From Novakomyces olei (Eukaryota), in assembly GCA_016906335.1 (NCBI GenBank), contig JADEYG010000001.1, forward strand, positions 1,426,001 to 1,490,000: a stretch of 64,000 bases of DNA, written 5' to 3'. Below the pieces are notes generated by a model. The model saw only the letters and a program-made list of their open reading frames with translations. It did no database searches and had not been told where the DNA came from. Shown piece by piece: positions 25,728 to 37,866 of this stretch; position 1 is the stretch's first letter; each line of letters begins with the position of its first letter. The translations under genes and the position numbers were made by a program.

Positions 25728-27422
25728 ATGGGCCACGAGGATGTGGCGAGTCGGCCGCCGCAACATGATCATTTGCCCGTTACTGGCGACGACGATCCGT
25801 TCATTGATCCGACTGAGCAGTCCGAAGCTCGAACCCGAGCCGAGCACGAGAGCTTTAGCGACGATGAGGAGGAACGAGCAGCTCTAACAGGCACTAGTTT
25901 GGCGGAGAGCAACAGGCTTCAAGAAGGAGAAAAACGGTCGCTGAGGGCTGCTAAACTACGCAATGGCTTAATTGCCGCGTCACTTATGGGCCTATGGTAC
26001 CTGTTCTCCGTGTGCCTTTCCGTATACAATAAATGGTAAGGGTGGGGAATGTGGAATAAGCATTTGTAATGCCTTTACTAACACTCGGAAAGGATGTTTT
26101 CGGGCGACCACCTAAACTTTCAGTTTCCACTGTTTGTGACATCGTAAGTGTGATCGTGGCTCTTGAAATTGATTATATATATCTTTTAACTTTTAACCCT
26201 GTTAGGTTTCATATGCTTGTGCAAACGTGCCTGGCACAGCTGCTGCTAATAGCAATGCCAATGTTTCGGCCCGCTGAGGGCAGCAGGATGACATTGCGTG
26301 CTTATGGGCGGCAAGTCGCTCCCTGTGGAGTCGCGACTGGTCTCGATATTGGCCTTTCTAACGCGTCTCTTCAAACAATTACCCTTTCATTTTACACAAT
26401 GGTCAAATCCTCGAATCTCGCATTCGTTCTTTTGTTTGCCTTCTTTCTGCGCCTCGAGTCTTTTCGCATTAACCTTGTTGTTGTCATGCTCGTGATCACG
26501 ACGGGGGTGGTCATGATGGTTGCAACAGAAACGAAATTTGTTGTGGAAGGGTGAGAACTAGCTTTTTTTGTTGTCTTTTCCATTAGCCCGTGCCTGGTCT
26601 CTATTTTATTATCCAATTTTCAATCAATTGGGCTTTTTCCGCATTCATTTATCTCATTTGTTTTCAACACGTTTTAAACGTTGGCTTCTTTTCAGAAACA
26701 CACGTTACTTTTTGACGACACTAGGCCGCTTTTCTGTTTTTCAAAGCCTAACATCCAGGTTCTTTCTTGTGCTTTCAGGAAGCTTTTTCGGCGGTTTACG
26801 TTGGGCTCTTACGCAACTACTTTTGCTTCATAACCCGACTACGGCTAATCCATTCACGTCAATTCGCGCTCTAGCCCCGGTAATGTTTGTCACATTACTG
26901 GTAATTGCCATGATCGTGGAGGGTCCAGCCCGTCTAGTGCATAGCCCCTTCTGGTCAGAGCGAGGCTTGCTATCGGGCCCTATTATACTACTGCCCGGGT
27001 TCCTTGCCTTTTTTATGACCTCGGCTGAGTTTGCTCTTATTCAGCGGACTAGTGTAGTTACGCTCTCTGTTGCCGGAATTTTCAAGGAGGTTTGTACTAT
27101 TGCTATTTCTGCAGTCGTTTACGGCGATGAGCTTACCCCGCTTAATGTATCCGGGCTGTGTATTGCGCTGCTCGGTATTGCCGGCTACAATTACATCCGC
27201 CTTTCGCGTAATTCTTACACTGGCAAAGGCGACGCGTCTCGTGAACAAATTCTTCAAGCGGTTTCTGCTGGAGCTGATTATCAATCCGTACCTGAATCGG
27301 ACGAGGCAGTCGTGCGAGACACGGCTGCGAGTCCTCCTATTGTTACGCCAGAAGACAGCCGGGGCAAGGGCAAAGAAGATTTTAAACTTAAAAATATCGA
27401 CATTGCTGCCAGCCAATGCTGA
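25728..27422 (+). CDS. Nucleotide-sugar/TPT-family transporter (SLC35C2/Ymd8-like), multi-exon
   Basis: WYLFS..LSVYNKW|MF, FPLFVTS, DIGLSN.SL..ITLSFYTMVKSS, GLRWALTQ, TSVVTLSVAGIFKE. Confidence 0.88.
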
Positions 27423-27729
27423 AGCGTGTCTTGCAGATACAGACGAATACCCTATACACGAGTCGTGCAGTATACCACTGAAAGCGAAAAGCAGGCAATG
27501 GAGAATGGAGGGAGAATGAACAATGAAGGGAGAATGGAGAATGAAAAAAATATAAAGTCATATAAAAACGAAAAACACAATAACATTAAAATTTAAATTT
27601 AAATTAAAATATGTATATATACACATATATATTAGGGTAAAGATTAAATGCTGATACAATTGTCTATTGCAACTATTATTATAAACATCATCACGTATAT
27701 GTCGAGGTCTAGCAATCCTTTCGGGTATA

Positions 27730-28500
27730 TCACATCTGGTCCAAAGTCTTGGGAGCTCCTCGAAGCGGCTGGCTTCGCTGTACACGGTTGAATCCAGTAT
27801 TTGAATTAGCAGAGCTTCCATTCTTACTGCCAGTCTTGTTTTTCCCAATTTTTGACTTATTACTAGCCGCGGCTAGTAATTTTGCATAAGGCGCATTTTC
27901 CTCCCGTTTCCGTAAACTTGTATCTGAGACGCGCTCCTGTGTGACATTAGAGTCGGCCCGGCGCAGCTTTACCGGCCGAGAGCCGATATACTTGTTTTGC
28001 ATTTCTTGAAAAGCCCTTAAAAAATCCGCTGGATCAGAGAACGATACGAACCCGAACCCCTTTGTCTTGCCCGTACGACTATCGCGTACATTACGAGCCT
28101 TTTGCACTGAACGGTACTGGGAAAACGCCCGTAGTAGAGCATCGTCACTGACTTCGCCTGCCAAATCACCCACAAATAGTCTGAAATGTTTAGGGTTCCA
28201 GTTTAACAGCGTTGGGTCCTCCCATACTGTACCCCCTCCTTCACGTACAACAGTAGTACGCTTTTTATTATAGCCGTTCCCTGACGTCTGTTTTGCCTTT
28301 AAGGATGACGAAGGTGCTGCTGTAAACGTATGTTGCTGCTGCTGCTGCTGCTGCTCTTGTACTTGTGAAGATTCACTCGCCGCTACTAATGGCTTCCGCT
28401 CGGTTTCGGGGACATAAGCCGACTGTTGCTGTGAGATTTGGGTTTGCCATATAGCGTCCTGCTGGTAAGGCGAACCTGTGCCGTACATGTGCCGATTCAT
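27730..28500 (-). CDS. RBM42: RNA-binding protein 42 (RRM, U4/U6.U5-associated)
   Basis: GG.VWEDPTLL.W...HFRLFVGDL.GEVSDD, KTKGFGFVSF, KYIGSRPVKLR. Confidence 0.88.
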   Translation of the reverse strand: MNRHMYGTGSPYQQDAIWQTQISQQQSAYVPETERKPLVAASESSQVQEQQQQQQQHTFTAAPSSSLKAKQTSGNGYNKKRTTVVREGGGTVWEDPTLLNWNPKHFRLFVGDLAGEVSDDALLRAFSQYRSVQKARNVRDSRTGKTKGFGFVSFSDPADFLRAFQEMQNKYIGSRPVKLRRADSNVTQERVSDTSLRKREENAPYAKLLAAASNKSKIGKNKTGSKNGSSANSNTGFNRVQRSQPLRGAPKTLDQM

Positions 28501-28599
28501 CTTGCGTCGCACTATGTAATGGATACTGGATGGCAATTGATTAATTGATTAATTAATTGATTAATTATAATAATTATAATAATTATAATTATTATATAA

Positions 28600-28806
28600 A
28601 TTATATATTAATTATATATTAATTATATTAATTATATTAATTATATTAATTATATTAATTATATTAATTATATTAATTATATTAATTATATTAATTATAT
28701 TAATTATATTAATTATATTAATTATATTAATTATATTAATTATATTAATTATATTAATTATATTAATTATATTAATTATATTAATTATATTAATTATATT
28801 AATTAT
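28600..28806. repeat. 9-bp pure-AT tandem repeat (TTAATTATA)n upstream of RBM42
   Basis: Direct tandem array. Confidence 0.97.
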
Positions 28807-29482
28807 TGTACGATTTCTACCATGAGCTACTATGATGAGCACACAGTATAGATTATTCGACTAGCGTGAAGGCTGTGCCACGGAAATATGGGAATTGTTT
28901 AATTGAGCACGAGTCGGGAGCTGCTTTTTCTGCTAGCGCGTATATATGCTACCGTAACATTAGTGTGCCAGTCATAGAAATTGAACCTGATATGTAAATG
29001 GCCAAGTGTACAGTGTGCCAGTTGATCTTAATATTTGTCTTATCGCCAGCTACTCCTTTGTCTGCGCACAGCAAGCTGACTCGTGGCTTCCGTCCAGAAT
29101 AGGACGCGCGAAAATGTTCATACAGCAAAGTGTTGTTAACGTCATTACAGTCAACCGTTTCGTAATCATTGGCTTCGTCAGTCGGTTACATGTCAAACTG
29201 CAATCTTTTATTATTTCTATATCAGAATCCACCCAGCATGCCATGATCCTTGGCTGTATCCTTACATCACAGGCCGGCAAAGTATATAAATGAACCGACC
29301 GGACCCACTGCTAGCCCGACCAAGTCTGCAGGCCTGAACAAAAGACCGCGGTCAAGTCCGCGAAAAATATGATAAATTATAGACAGACAAACCCGAGTCG
29401 GGTCGAATTGAGACGGCTTGAATTGAGACGAAGAACAGCAAACACCACGCACCATTGCGGAAAGACCACGTGTAAAAAGGTA

Positions 29483-29924
29483 TCAGACAGCGGCTGCTAA
29501 CTTCTGAGCAAATGCGCACGCACCAGCCTCGCGGGAGACGCAAATATAATGGTCAGGGCCGATACCACACCGTTCCAAGTGTGGTAGGGGACAAGGGCAC
29601 TCTACAGGCGCATCAACACAGGCGAGACTGTCGGGACAGAGGTACTTTTGATCTGAGCATCGGACTAGTGTATCAGCAAACAAGATCCGGAAACACGTAT
29701 ACCGAAAACTATGCGAAAAGCAAACCAATACTGGAAACTAGAGGCAACTTACTCGACTTGTACTGCTCACTAAACCAGCCAGCTTCACCGCCTTGGCCAC
29801 CGGCCCCTTCAGCACCAGAGTTTCTATGATCCGCCTCGTCATGTGACGCATGGAAAAACTGCTCGAAAAAATCGAATTGCGCTGAAGCCAAAGTGGCCAG
29901 CATCGCTATTACCGCGAGACGCAT
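29483..29924 (-). CDS. LCL2: Long chronological lifespan protein 2 (ERAD-related, small secreted Cys-rich), 2 exons
   Basis: Signal peptide followed by AQFDFFEQFF; after the intron C..YLCPDSLACV..P.ECPCP....C.....YICVS. Confidence 0.88.
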
Positions 29925-30299
29925 GACAGACACGTGTGCCAATGTCGACTCTTTATACTATACTCGTAATATTTGAAGTGTTATATGGTATAATGTTGCA
30001 TTCTAATTCTCCATATTAGAATTCTCCCTCCAACTATACTGATTTTTATTAATGTACGGTAGAAGTGTTGAATATATTCTATTTTGAATTTCACTACTGA
30101 ATTTCAGTGCTGCATTTTCAGTACTAAATTTTCTGCATTAATTCATGTACTAAATTTTTGTAACATTGCCGTGCTTTAATCGTGTAGTATCAAGTACTCC
30201 TACAGTATTGGCGTACTTACAATATAGGCGTACTCTTACAATAAAGGCGTATATTGTATACAGATTGCTGTTCGTAAAGAAGCACAAAAATTTGTCGCG

Positions 30300-31302
30300 A
30301 TGGCACTGCCGTCCGGCTCAAGAAGGCTGTGCATTAATTTACCAGAGATCCATTCACACGTTTTGGCGCAGCAGCGGAATCGAAGCTGCCTGCGCTATGC
30401 CTTTGTGCAAAAAAATTTTCCTGCCAGTTTTGTTCTCGTTCGGTGTCAGACGACTGCAACGCAGCCAGAGGTGGCTCCGGCTCACGGATCCAATGCGTAC
30501 CCAGGCCTCTCCGAGCTGCGCCACAAATCTTCGCCGGTACGGAAACCAGACGATGCGGCAGTTGCACAGTTTTTCAACAGGATCGGAGTTGAGAGCAGTT
30601 CACGGTTCGCTCTTCCTTCACAGCTGCAGTTACAATCAGTAACGACAAAGAGCTATCTCAATGGAGCCTTTCCTTTCAATGAAAAGCTTTATCACATGGG
30701 TAAGTTGGTAGATAAGGAGAGGAGGAGCAGGATCTGCCTAGGCCGTTATTAATTGTGCCGTTTATTCAGTTTAAATTGTTTTCTATCTTTTTTTGCCTCA
30801 TTCAATCATTCAATTTTGTTGTGCTCACTTTCAATTTTGAATCGTTCAGTTGGATTGTATACATATTTCAGCTACAGAAATATCCATACTATTTCTCGCC
30901 TTCGCTTGGTTATTAAAGCTCTGTATTTGGATACACCAGTCTAATATTGCAGGGAGAATGGTATTAAAATTTTATGTTATGGCACATAGCGCTCGGTCCT
31001 GGACGACCGCACCCGACGGATCCGTACGTATTGTCTCACGGGCGTACGCGGGAACGTTCTCCGAAAAAAACGGAACCGCTACCGGTGCCGTTATTCAAAG
31101 TCTTGTAGATTTTATGAGCGCCCGGGATATTGGACAGGTTATGCGCTGGACTCCGCACGATCGGTTCCCGGAATCAACGGCCGTTAAAGTGTGCGCCTGT
31201 GCTATTGTGGGGGCAATAAATATGCACCATGGAATGGCGGCGGCTCTTAAATTTTTGGAAACGACAAAAGTCGGCGATGTCGTTACTGGAACTGAAAAAT
31301 AA
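30300..31302 (+). CDS. MRPL15: Mitochondrial large ribosomal protein mL57 (RNase III-like fold), 2 exons
   Basis: Arg-rich presequence; VTTKSY....PFNEKL..MG|RM; IGQVMRW.P; AIVGAI..HHG..AA..F; intron approx. 30699-30951. Confidence 0.72.
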
Positions 31303-31629
31303 TGTGTAATTATTAAATATTACTAATTTTATTTCTCGCTTTAGAGAAAAAAAGCATACCAAATCTCAAAGTGTACGTATACCTAAAAGTCTGGCGACTA
31401 GGGTTGCTATAGATCCCTGCATTGTCTTTGCTTTTCTGACGGATCCCGGACCATTTTAAAGGACCGTGTAAGGCCTTCACTTGAGTCCGAAAAGGCGTCT
31501 CTATCGTAATAAACATTATCAGAAGCAAGATATCAAATACTTTTCTATCAGCAGGCATGAAACGTTAATAAATCAATTCATCTACCAAAAGAAATTGATG
31601 TAAATATGTACAATTAAGAGCAGTCCGAC

Positions 31630-33993
31630 TCAAGACGGCACGAGATCACGTAAAAGAAACAATTCCTCGTCCGACGCAAGAGACTTGCCCAGCTCCAAAC
31701 GCAATCGTTCTTCATAAATTACAAACTTGTGCAGACGAGAAGCTGCCAAAGCATGCTCAGACGCCCGTTTAACTATGGACGCCAGCACTGACTTGGGGTA
31801 TGCGCTGGTTTTACCCAAATGTTTTCCAAGTAAAATACTATAAAGTTTGTCGCAACAGGCTCGAAGACGATCGTATTCGTGATGCATGCGGCCCCAATCG
31901 ACCAACTCGCCTACACGGCTCACAGGCAAGTCCAGTTGGATTAGCATATTTTTCACAAGATTACGTGTCTGCGCAAGTTTCCACGAGTCTAAGGTGTCCA
32001 GCTCCAATCGATCGTACTGTGCGCTGTGTATCCGTCCGCGAACTTGCCTCGCATCTGAATTTGTAAGTCTCTATTTGACAAAATTACTAGTATATCTTTT
32101 TTCTTTTGATCTTTTTTTTAAATATCATTTCATTTCGTTCAATTTTTCGATTTCTCTTTGCCCTTCTATTCTTACCATCCATCCAAGAGGGTGAAAGCTC
32201 TTCTGCAGCCTCAGAGTCGTCCTGATCCGTTTGCGACTGGTAATAAAGAGACTTTGCCGATAATTTCTTTTGCAGACCGCTTATTATCGCCTCCTTTTCA
32301 GCCAGAGCATTCCTCAAACTGGCCCGAATCCTTTGCAGGTCTGCTAAAGCAGCTGCTTGCTCTCGAGCAGCAGCCTGTTCGAATGGGCCCTTATTGTCTT
32401 GCTCAGCCTTGATCCTTTGCAGCTTTGACTCTGCGTCCATCGCGACATGAGCATATTCGTCCATTTTGGCCTTGTAAAATCTGGCTTCCTCTCTTGCACT
32501 GACCAGCTCAGTTGCTTCCCGCAATTCTAAGGCATGCCGCTCTCGAGATTCTGCGGCAGATTTAGCTCTAGTTGCGTCAACCTCCTCTCGTAATGCACGA
32601 TTGTCAGCATTTAGACGCGATATTTCGGCCTTCAAACTATTCAAATCTAAACTCAAAGAAGCAATTTCGCTACGAGCAGTCTCCCGTCCCGATAATTCAA
32701 CATCACGCTGTGCCTCAGCTGCACCCGCACGCTCATTGGCTTTACCAAGTAATAGCTGCACTGTTTCCAACTGCTTTGCCTGTTGCTCAGTCTCACGATT
32801 CTGTTGCTCGGTTAGAGTTTTTAGCCGATTAATTTCGGTTTCTGCATCATTCAATTGCCTTGCTTGTATGGTGATAGATTCCTTTTGCTCGTCCAACTTC
32901 AGGCTCTGCTCTTTTATTTGAGTCTGCAGCTCTTGTAGCTTCAGAGTCTGATCTTTATCGGTTTGCTTTCGCCGTTCCAGGTCAGCATGAGCCTCGTCCA
33001 GTTCCTGTGTAAGGTGCTCTAATTGCTCCCTTGCAGCTGCCCTCGAATGTTCCAGTTCAGATTGCGCAGCGGCAATTTCTGCCAGAGCCTTTACACGAGC
33101 GGCAGAAAGTTCATCGTTTTTGTCAGATAGGACAGTACGTTCAACGACAGACTGCTTCAACTCCATTTCAAGGCTTTCACGCTCCTTCACTGATTCCTCG
33201 AACGCCAATCGCCAATTAGAGACCTCAAAAGCTCTCTGCGTCAGACCGTCTTGAGCTTCTTGTAGCATACTTTTCAATCGCGATACTTTTACATCCTCAC
33301 TTGATGCATTTGATTCCAAAGCCGACGTCGCGTCTTTGTTAATGGCGTGGGGCTCCATGTTTGTTAAATGTCCAGAATCCGTAGCTTTTTTAGCTCTCGG
33401 TACGTTTTGCTCAGCTGGCTGCTCCATGCTCGGGTCGTTGTTTTCCTTGGACATTTCTCCCACCTGTGCCCTGACCGGTGCTCCTTCGAGCTGCTGCAGT
33501 TTATGTCGCATACTCTTCATTTCGCGCATCAGTTCGATTACTGTACTGTTTTCTTTTCCCACAACCATCTCGCTTTTATCCACAAACGAGTTTACGACAC
33601 GCGACTGCAGATCGGCATCTTTGAAAACTGCAGGCGGCTCCTGCGTATGCGCGGCCGACTTTGGCGACTTTGGCAGTTCCTGCAATGGACTCCTTTTTTC
33701 AACAAAATTGGCTCTACTTTGCGGGGTTGAAGAAGCCATCGGCCCGATTGACTCCGACATGGACACGGACGCGCGTCTGCTGCTGTCGTCCGGTAAACGC
33801 CGCTCAACAGCGACAACTATACAAAACAAATTAGTCCTTTTGCGCTTGTGCACACGTCGATCTAGAGCCGATCTAGAGTCTTACCGCTCAAAACCGATGG
33901 CGGGCAAGATATATCCTTGTTTGCAATTGCGTCATAGTCGAATGACGACTGAACGCGGTCCGGTGTCGACCATACTGAGCCGTGAAGTGCCAT
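31630..33993 (-). CDS. Long coiled-coil protein with a C-terminal globular domain (3 exons); function unknown
   Basis: Exon 1 MALHGSVW... splices in frame (GTAAGA donor) to the 588-aa ORF; heptad-rich E/Q/K/L region; last exon YDRLELDTLD..TRNLVKNMLIQLDLP. Confidence 0.75.
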
Positions 33994-34478
33994 TGACCGC
34001 GCGCTTCCACGCTGATTCGTCCTACGCCGACTTTTGTTTACGTGAATGTTTACATGTTTGCCAGAGATTTACATAGTATAGTGGACAACGTGTGTGAGCG
34101 GCTATGTAATGTACCCGTCAATTTCGATGCTGTACGCACACGGGGCCCGTGTGCGTAAAGTTTGTATACTTGTTCGTCACATCAAGTAGACGTTGACACG
34201 GGCCCCGTGCGTATTACATTGATTTCGTTTAATTTAACGCGAAACACAACCTGCGAGCAGGGTCAAGTCCAGCGACCCGATGCTCATACTAAGCGGTTCA
34301 TACTGAGCGGCTTATTGAGCGGCTTTTTGAGCAGCTTATAGTGGGAGCGCATTTGCCTGCTGGCAAATCGTGTAAAGTGGCCACTGCTTTTGGCACTATA
34401 AACTCTATGTTAATGGACCAAGCCCAGCAAGTCTGTGGGATGAGCACGACTAGGTCTCGTTAAAAAGGGCAGAGCAGA

Positions 34479-37400
34479 ATGGCTAATAGCGCACCGGAAT
34501 CACTGCCACCGCAGACCAAGACAAAGCCGGCGTCGAGTCAGCGCGTGCTGCACCAGTCGACCATCAGCAGTTTTTTCACTAGTTCCTCGCTGCCGGCAGG
34601 AAAAGTCTGTGAGACTGAGTCTGACGAGGGCTTTTCAGCGATTAAAAGACGGCGCCTGTCCCCGTCACCGACACAGCGACTGACCGGGTTCGCTTTGGCC
34701 GCTGGCGACAGTGTCTCTGCCAAAATTGCCGGTGCCAAAAGCAATGGTACTGAGGCTAAAAACGGGGAGGAAAAAAGTGCAGCCGCCAGAGTGCTGAATG
34801 AAAAGAATACTGGACCCGATAGCCTCAGCGCCGGAAAGAGACAGCGGTTGCATGAAGCGTTTGTCTCCCGGCTCGGTCCTCGCAGTGAGCGGGTCACAAA
34901 CCAGGCGGACGCGGCTAGTGCTGTAGAGAAAAGGCCGTTAAACGAGCCGGCCTCGTCAAAACTTACCCCCCTAGAACGGCAGTTTGTAGATATCAAAAAG
35001 GCCAATTTGGACACAGTTTTGGCTGTTGAAGTAGGCTACAAGTTTAGGTTCTTTGGGGAGGACGCTAAAACTGCCAGCCGGGTGCTGCACATTGCCAATT
35101 TCTTTGATCATAATTTTTATACTGCCAGTATCCCAACGCATCGACTGCACGTGCATGTAAAGCGTCTCGTAAACGCGGGACACAAGGTCGGCATAGTTCG
35201 CCAGCTTGAGTCTGCTGCGCTTAAAGCCGCCGGGGATAATAAAAGCGCACCTTTTACACGGTCACTCGCCAATGTTTACACTCGGGCAACTTACTTGGAG
35301 GATATGGATGACAATACTAATACTAATCAAACAGACCCGGGCAATTGTGCGCCTCGAACTGGCTTCATAATGTGCATTGCCGAGTCGGCCATCACTGATG
35401 CCAGTGGAGGGCCAGATTTCTGTACACGGTACGGTGTACTGGCAGTTCAGCCGGCAACTGGACACGTTGTTTATGACGCGTTTAATGACAGCTCAGCGCG
35501 TAACGAGCTCGAGACACGTATAATGCACCTGCAGCCCTGTGAACTCGTACTCTGTGGACCAGTGGGCAGTGCTACGAGCAAGCTGGCCTCTTTTTTAACT
35601 CGTAGTGGCCCCAGCGTTATGGGCGAGCGTGTACGCGTGGACGCTGATACGAAGCCTGTACTTTTGCCTTTTGCTCTATCTGCGATAGAATTGTTTTACA
35701 ATGAAAGGGGTGTTGATGTAGAAGCTGCCATGAGTGTCATTCAGAAACTGCCTCCGCTAGTCGTTGTTTGCCTGCAGTCAATGATTACAAGGATGAAAGT
35801 ATTTGGCTTGGAAGCCGTGTTCCAACAGGTCTCCCGGTTTCGGCCCTTTACAGGCCGTGAGCGGATGCTTTTAGACGGGCATTCAATAGCGAATTTAGAG
35901 ATATTCACCAGCTCAGAGGGCACAGAAGTTGGGTCGCTTTTCTGGGTGCTTGATCATACATCTACACGGTTTGGCCGGCGCAAATTACGCAGCTGGCTGA
36001 GCCAGCCGCTGCTTGATTTTGCTCAATTACAAGAACGACTGGCCCTCGTACAGGAGCTGGCAACTTCCACCAACTTGAAAGTCAACAGGTTCCGTACCTT
36101 ATTAGCCAAACTGCCAGACCTGGCACTGGCTCTCAGCAATATTCAGTACGGACGCTGTGAGCCGGCTAAACTGCTACAATGCTTGCAGGCCTTTTCCATG
36201 ATTAGTGGACAGTTTTCTCTGCAGGAAAGCGGCAAGCATAATTTTGTAGCCTCCTTTTTGAACGATTTAACACAGCTACTGCCCCGTATAGGTCCAAGTG
36301 TGCACGGGTATCTGGACGCCTTTCATCATCAGTCAGCCGCAGTTAACGATAAAGTGGGCATGTTTGCCCATGATGATACTTGCGATCATGTGACTGCGCA
36401 AAAGTGTGGCATCATTGCCGTTGAAGCTGAACTGGCTCAGCATTTAGTGGAAATCAGACGGCAATTAAAGAAACCTCATTTGGTCTACGTCGCAGTAGCC
36501 GGCACAGAGTACCTGGTCGAGGTACGTAACACAGAAGTAGCTAAAATTGTGCCCAACCATTGGCAAAAGATCAACGGAACTCGTGCCGTTTCCCGGTTCT
36601 ATACGCCTCAGGTAATACAATTACTGCGTGAGCGGGAAGAGAGGAAAGAGCGACTGGCTATCGAGGCAGAAGCAGCTTACCGCCGGCTTTTACAGCAAAT
36701 CTCCCAGCATTACACGGAGCTGGCGGACGTGGTTGATCAACTAGCAGAGCTGGACGTTTTACTTTCTCTTGCGACTGTAAGCAAACGGCCTCACTACGTC
36801 GTGCCTAGAGTGCTAGAAAATCATACTGGAATCGATATTGTCGAGGGCCGGCACCCGATTGTGGAACAGACAATGCTCGCGTCAGGCGCGTACGTTCCTA
36901 ATGATACCCATCTGTCAACAGGCACACGGGTACTCGTTCTAACTGGTCCTAATATGGGCGGCAAGAGTTCTTATGCTCGTCAGATTGCTCTTATATGTAT
37001 AATGGCACAAGTGGGCTCCTTTGTACCTGCCCAACAGGCAAGTCTGGGCCTTGTCGATGCAGTGCTCACGCGTATGGGAGCAAAAGACAACATGCTTGCT
37101 GGCCACAGCACTTTTATGGTGGAAATGCAGGAGGCAAGTGCTATTATGAGGGCTGCAACATCTCGCAGCCTTGTCATTATGGACGAACTCGGCCGGGGTA
37201 CTTCTACCCACGATGGCCAGGCAATTGCCTCTGCTATATTAGATTATTTTGTACAAAGCATTAAATCTTTGACGGTAATGGTCACGCACTACAGTTCTTG
37301 CTTGGGCGCATTTGCCCGTCGATATCCAGGCACAGTGGAGAACGGGCACATGGCTTTTGTTCAGGGCGACAATGTCCAGGTATGCATGCTGTATAAGTTG

Positions 37401-37622
37401 GCTCGTGGAGTAGCCCATCGTAGTTTTGGACTCAATGTTGCTCGCCTAGCGGGTCTTCCGGCCAGTGTCGTCGATCTGGCCTCAACCAAAGCCCGGCAGT
37501 TTGAACGACGAGAGATGCACAGGCAAAGGCAACGTCAGTGCCTGCTGATGCGGAAAATATTATCAGCAGACACTGTCACGCTTGCCGATATTGAAGCATG
37601 TGACGCCGCTGTAAATGAGTGA
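34479..37622 (+). CDS. MSH3: DNA mismatch repair protein Msh3
   Basis: N-terminal PIP box QSTISSFF; EVGYKFRFFGEDA (Msh3-type); TGPNMGGKSS; MDELGRGTSTHDG; SFGLNVARLAG. Confidence 0.95.
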   Translation: MANSAPESLPPQTKTKPASSQRVLHQSTISSFFTSSSLPAGKVCETESDEGFSAIKRRRLSPSPTQRLTGFALAAGDSVSAKIAGAKSNGTEAKNGEEKSAAARVLNEKNTGPDSLSAGKRQRLHEAFVSRLGPRSERVTNQADAASAVEKRPLNEPASSKLTPLERQFVDIKKANLDTVLAVEVGYKFRFFGEDAKTASRVLHIANFFDHNFYTASIPTHRLHVHVKRLVNAGHKVGIVRQLESAALKAAGDNKSAPFTRSLANVYTRATYLEDMDDNTNTNQTDPGNCAPRTGFIMCIAESAITDASGGPDFCTRYGVLAVQPATGHVVYDAFNDSSARNELETRIMHLQPCELVLCGPVGSATSKLASFLTRSGPSVMGERVRVDADTKPVLLPFALSAIELFYNERGVDVEAAMSVIQKLPPLVVVCLQSMITRMKVFGLEAVFQQVSRFRPFTGRERMLLDGHSIANLEIFTSSEGTEVGSLFWVLDHTSTRFGRRKLRSWLSQPLLDFAQLQERLALVQELATSTNLKVNRFRTLLAKLPDLALALSNIQYGRCEPAKLLQCLQAFSMISGQFSLQESGKHNFVASFLNDLTQLLPRIGPSVHGYLDAFHHQSAAVNDKVGMFAHDDTCDHVTAQKCGIIAVEAELAQHLVEIRRQLKKPHLVYVAVAGTEYLVEVRNTEVAKIVPNHWQKINGTRAVSRFYTPQVIQLLREREERKERLAIEAEAAYRRLLQQISQHYTELADVVDQLAELDVLLSLATVSKRPHYVVPRVLENHTGIDIVEGRHPIVEQTMLASGAYVPNDTHLSTGTRVLVLTGPNMGGKSSYARQIALICIMAQVGSFVPAQQASLGLVDAVLTRMGAKDNMLAGHSTFMVEMQEASAIMRAATSRSLVIMDELGRGTSTHDGQAIASAILDYFVQSIKSLTVMVTHYSSCLGAFARRYPGTVENGHMAFVQGDNVQVCMLYKLARGVAHRSFGLNVARLAGLPASVVDLASTKARQFERREMHRQRQRQCLLMRKILSADTVTLADIEACDAAVNE

Positions 37623-37866
37623 TGTTTGTTTAATTGAATATAGAATAACTATTAAAATAGAAAGGGCCATCAATGCGTTTGTTTAATGTCAATGAATGTA
37701 GTTGTAGAGTGGATGATGCAGTTTGACAATTAATTTATTTATTTATTTTATTAATCTATTTATTTATTTATTTACTTATTATTATTTTATTATTACTATT
37801 ACTATTATATTAAACATAATTAAAGCTCTCCAGCGCTATGCTACAAACACGTTAGGGACGCGTCGC

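Noticed and set aside
28832-28990. ATGATGA ... CTGA pair suggesting a C/D snoRNA
   Set aside because: No terminal stem and no convincing rRNA-complementary guide next to a D or D' box
29181-29195. GGTTACA (S. pombe-type telomere unit) as a possible telomerase RNA template
   Set aside because: A single 7-mer is expected by chance, and the other telomere-like motifs here are TTAGGG-type
33336-34076. 246-aa plus-strand ORF, and the 190-aa ORF at 53891-54463
   Set aside because: Antisense to the coiled-coil gene and to ORC4 respectively; composition is typical of shadow ORFs
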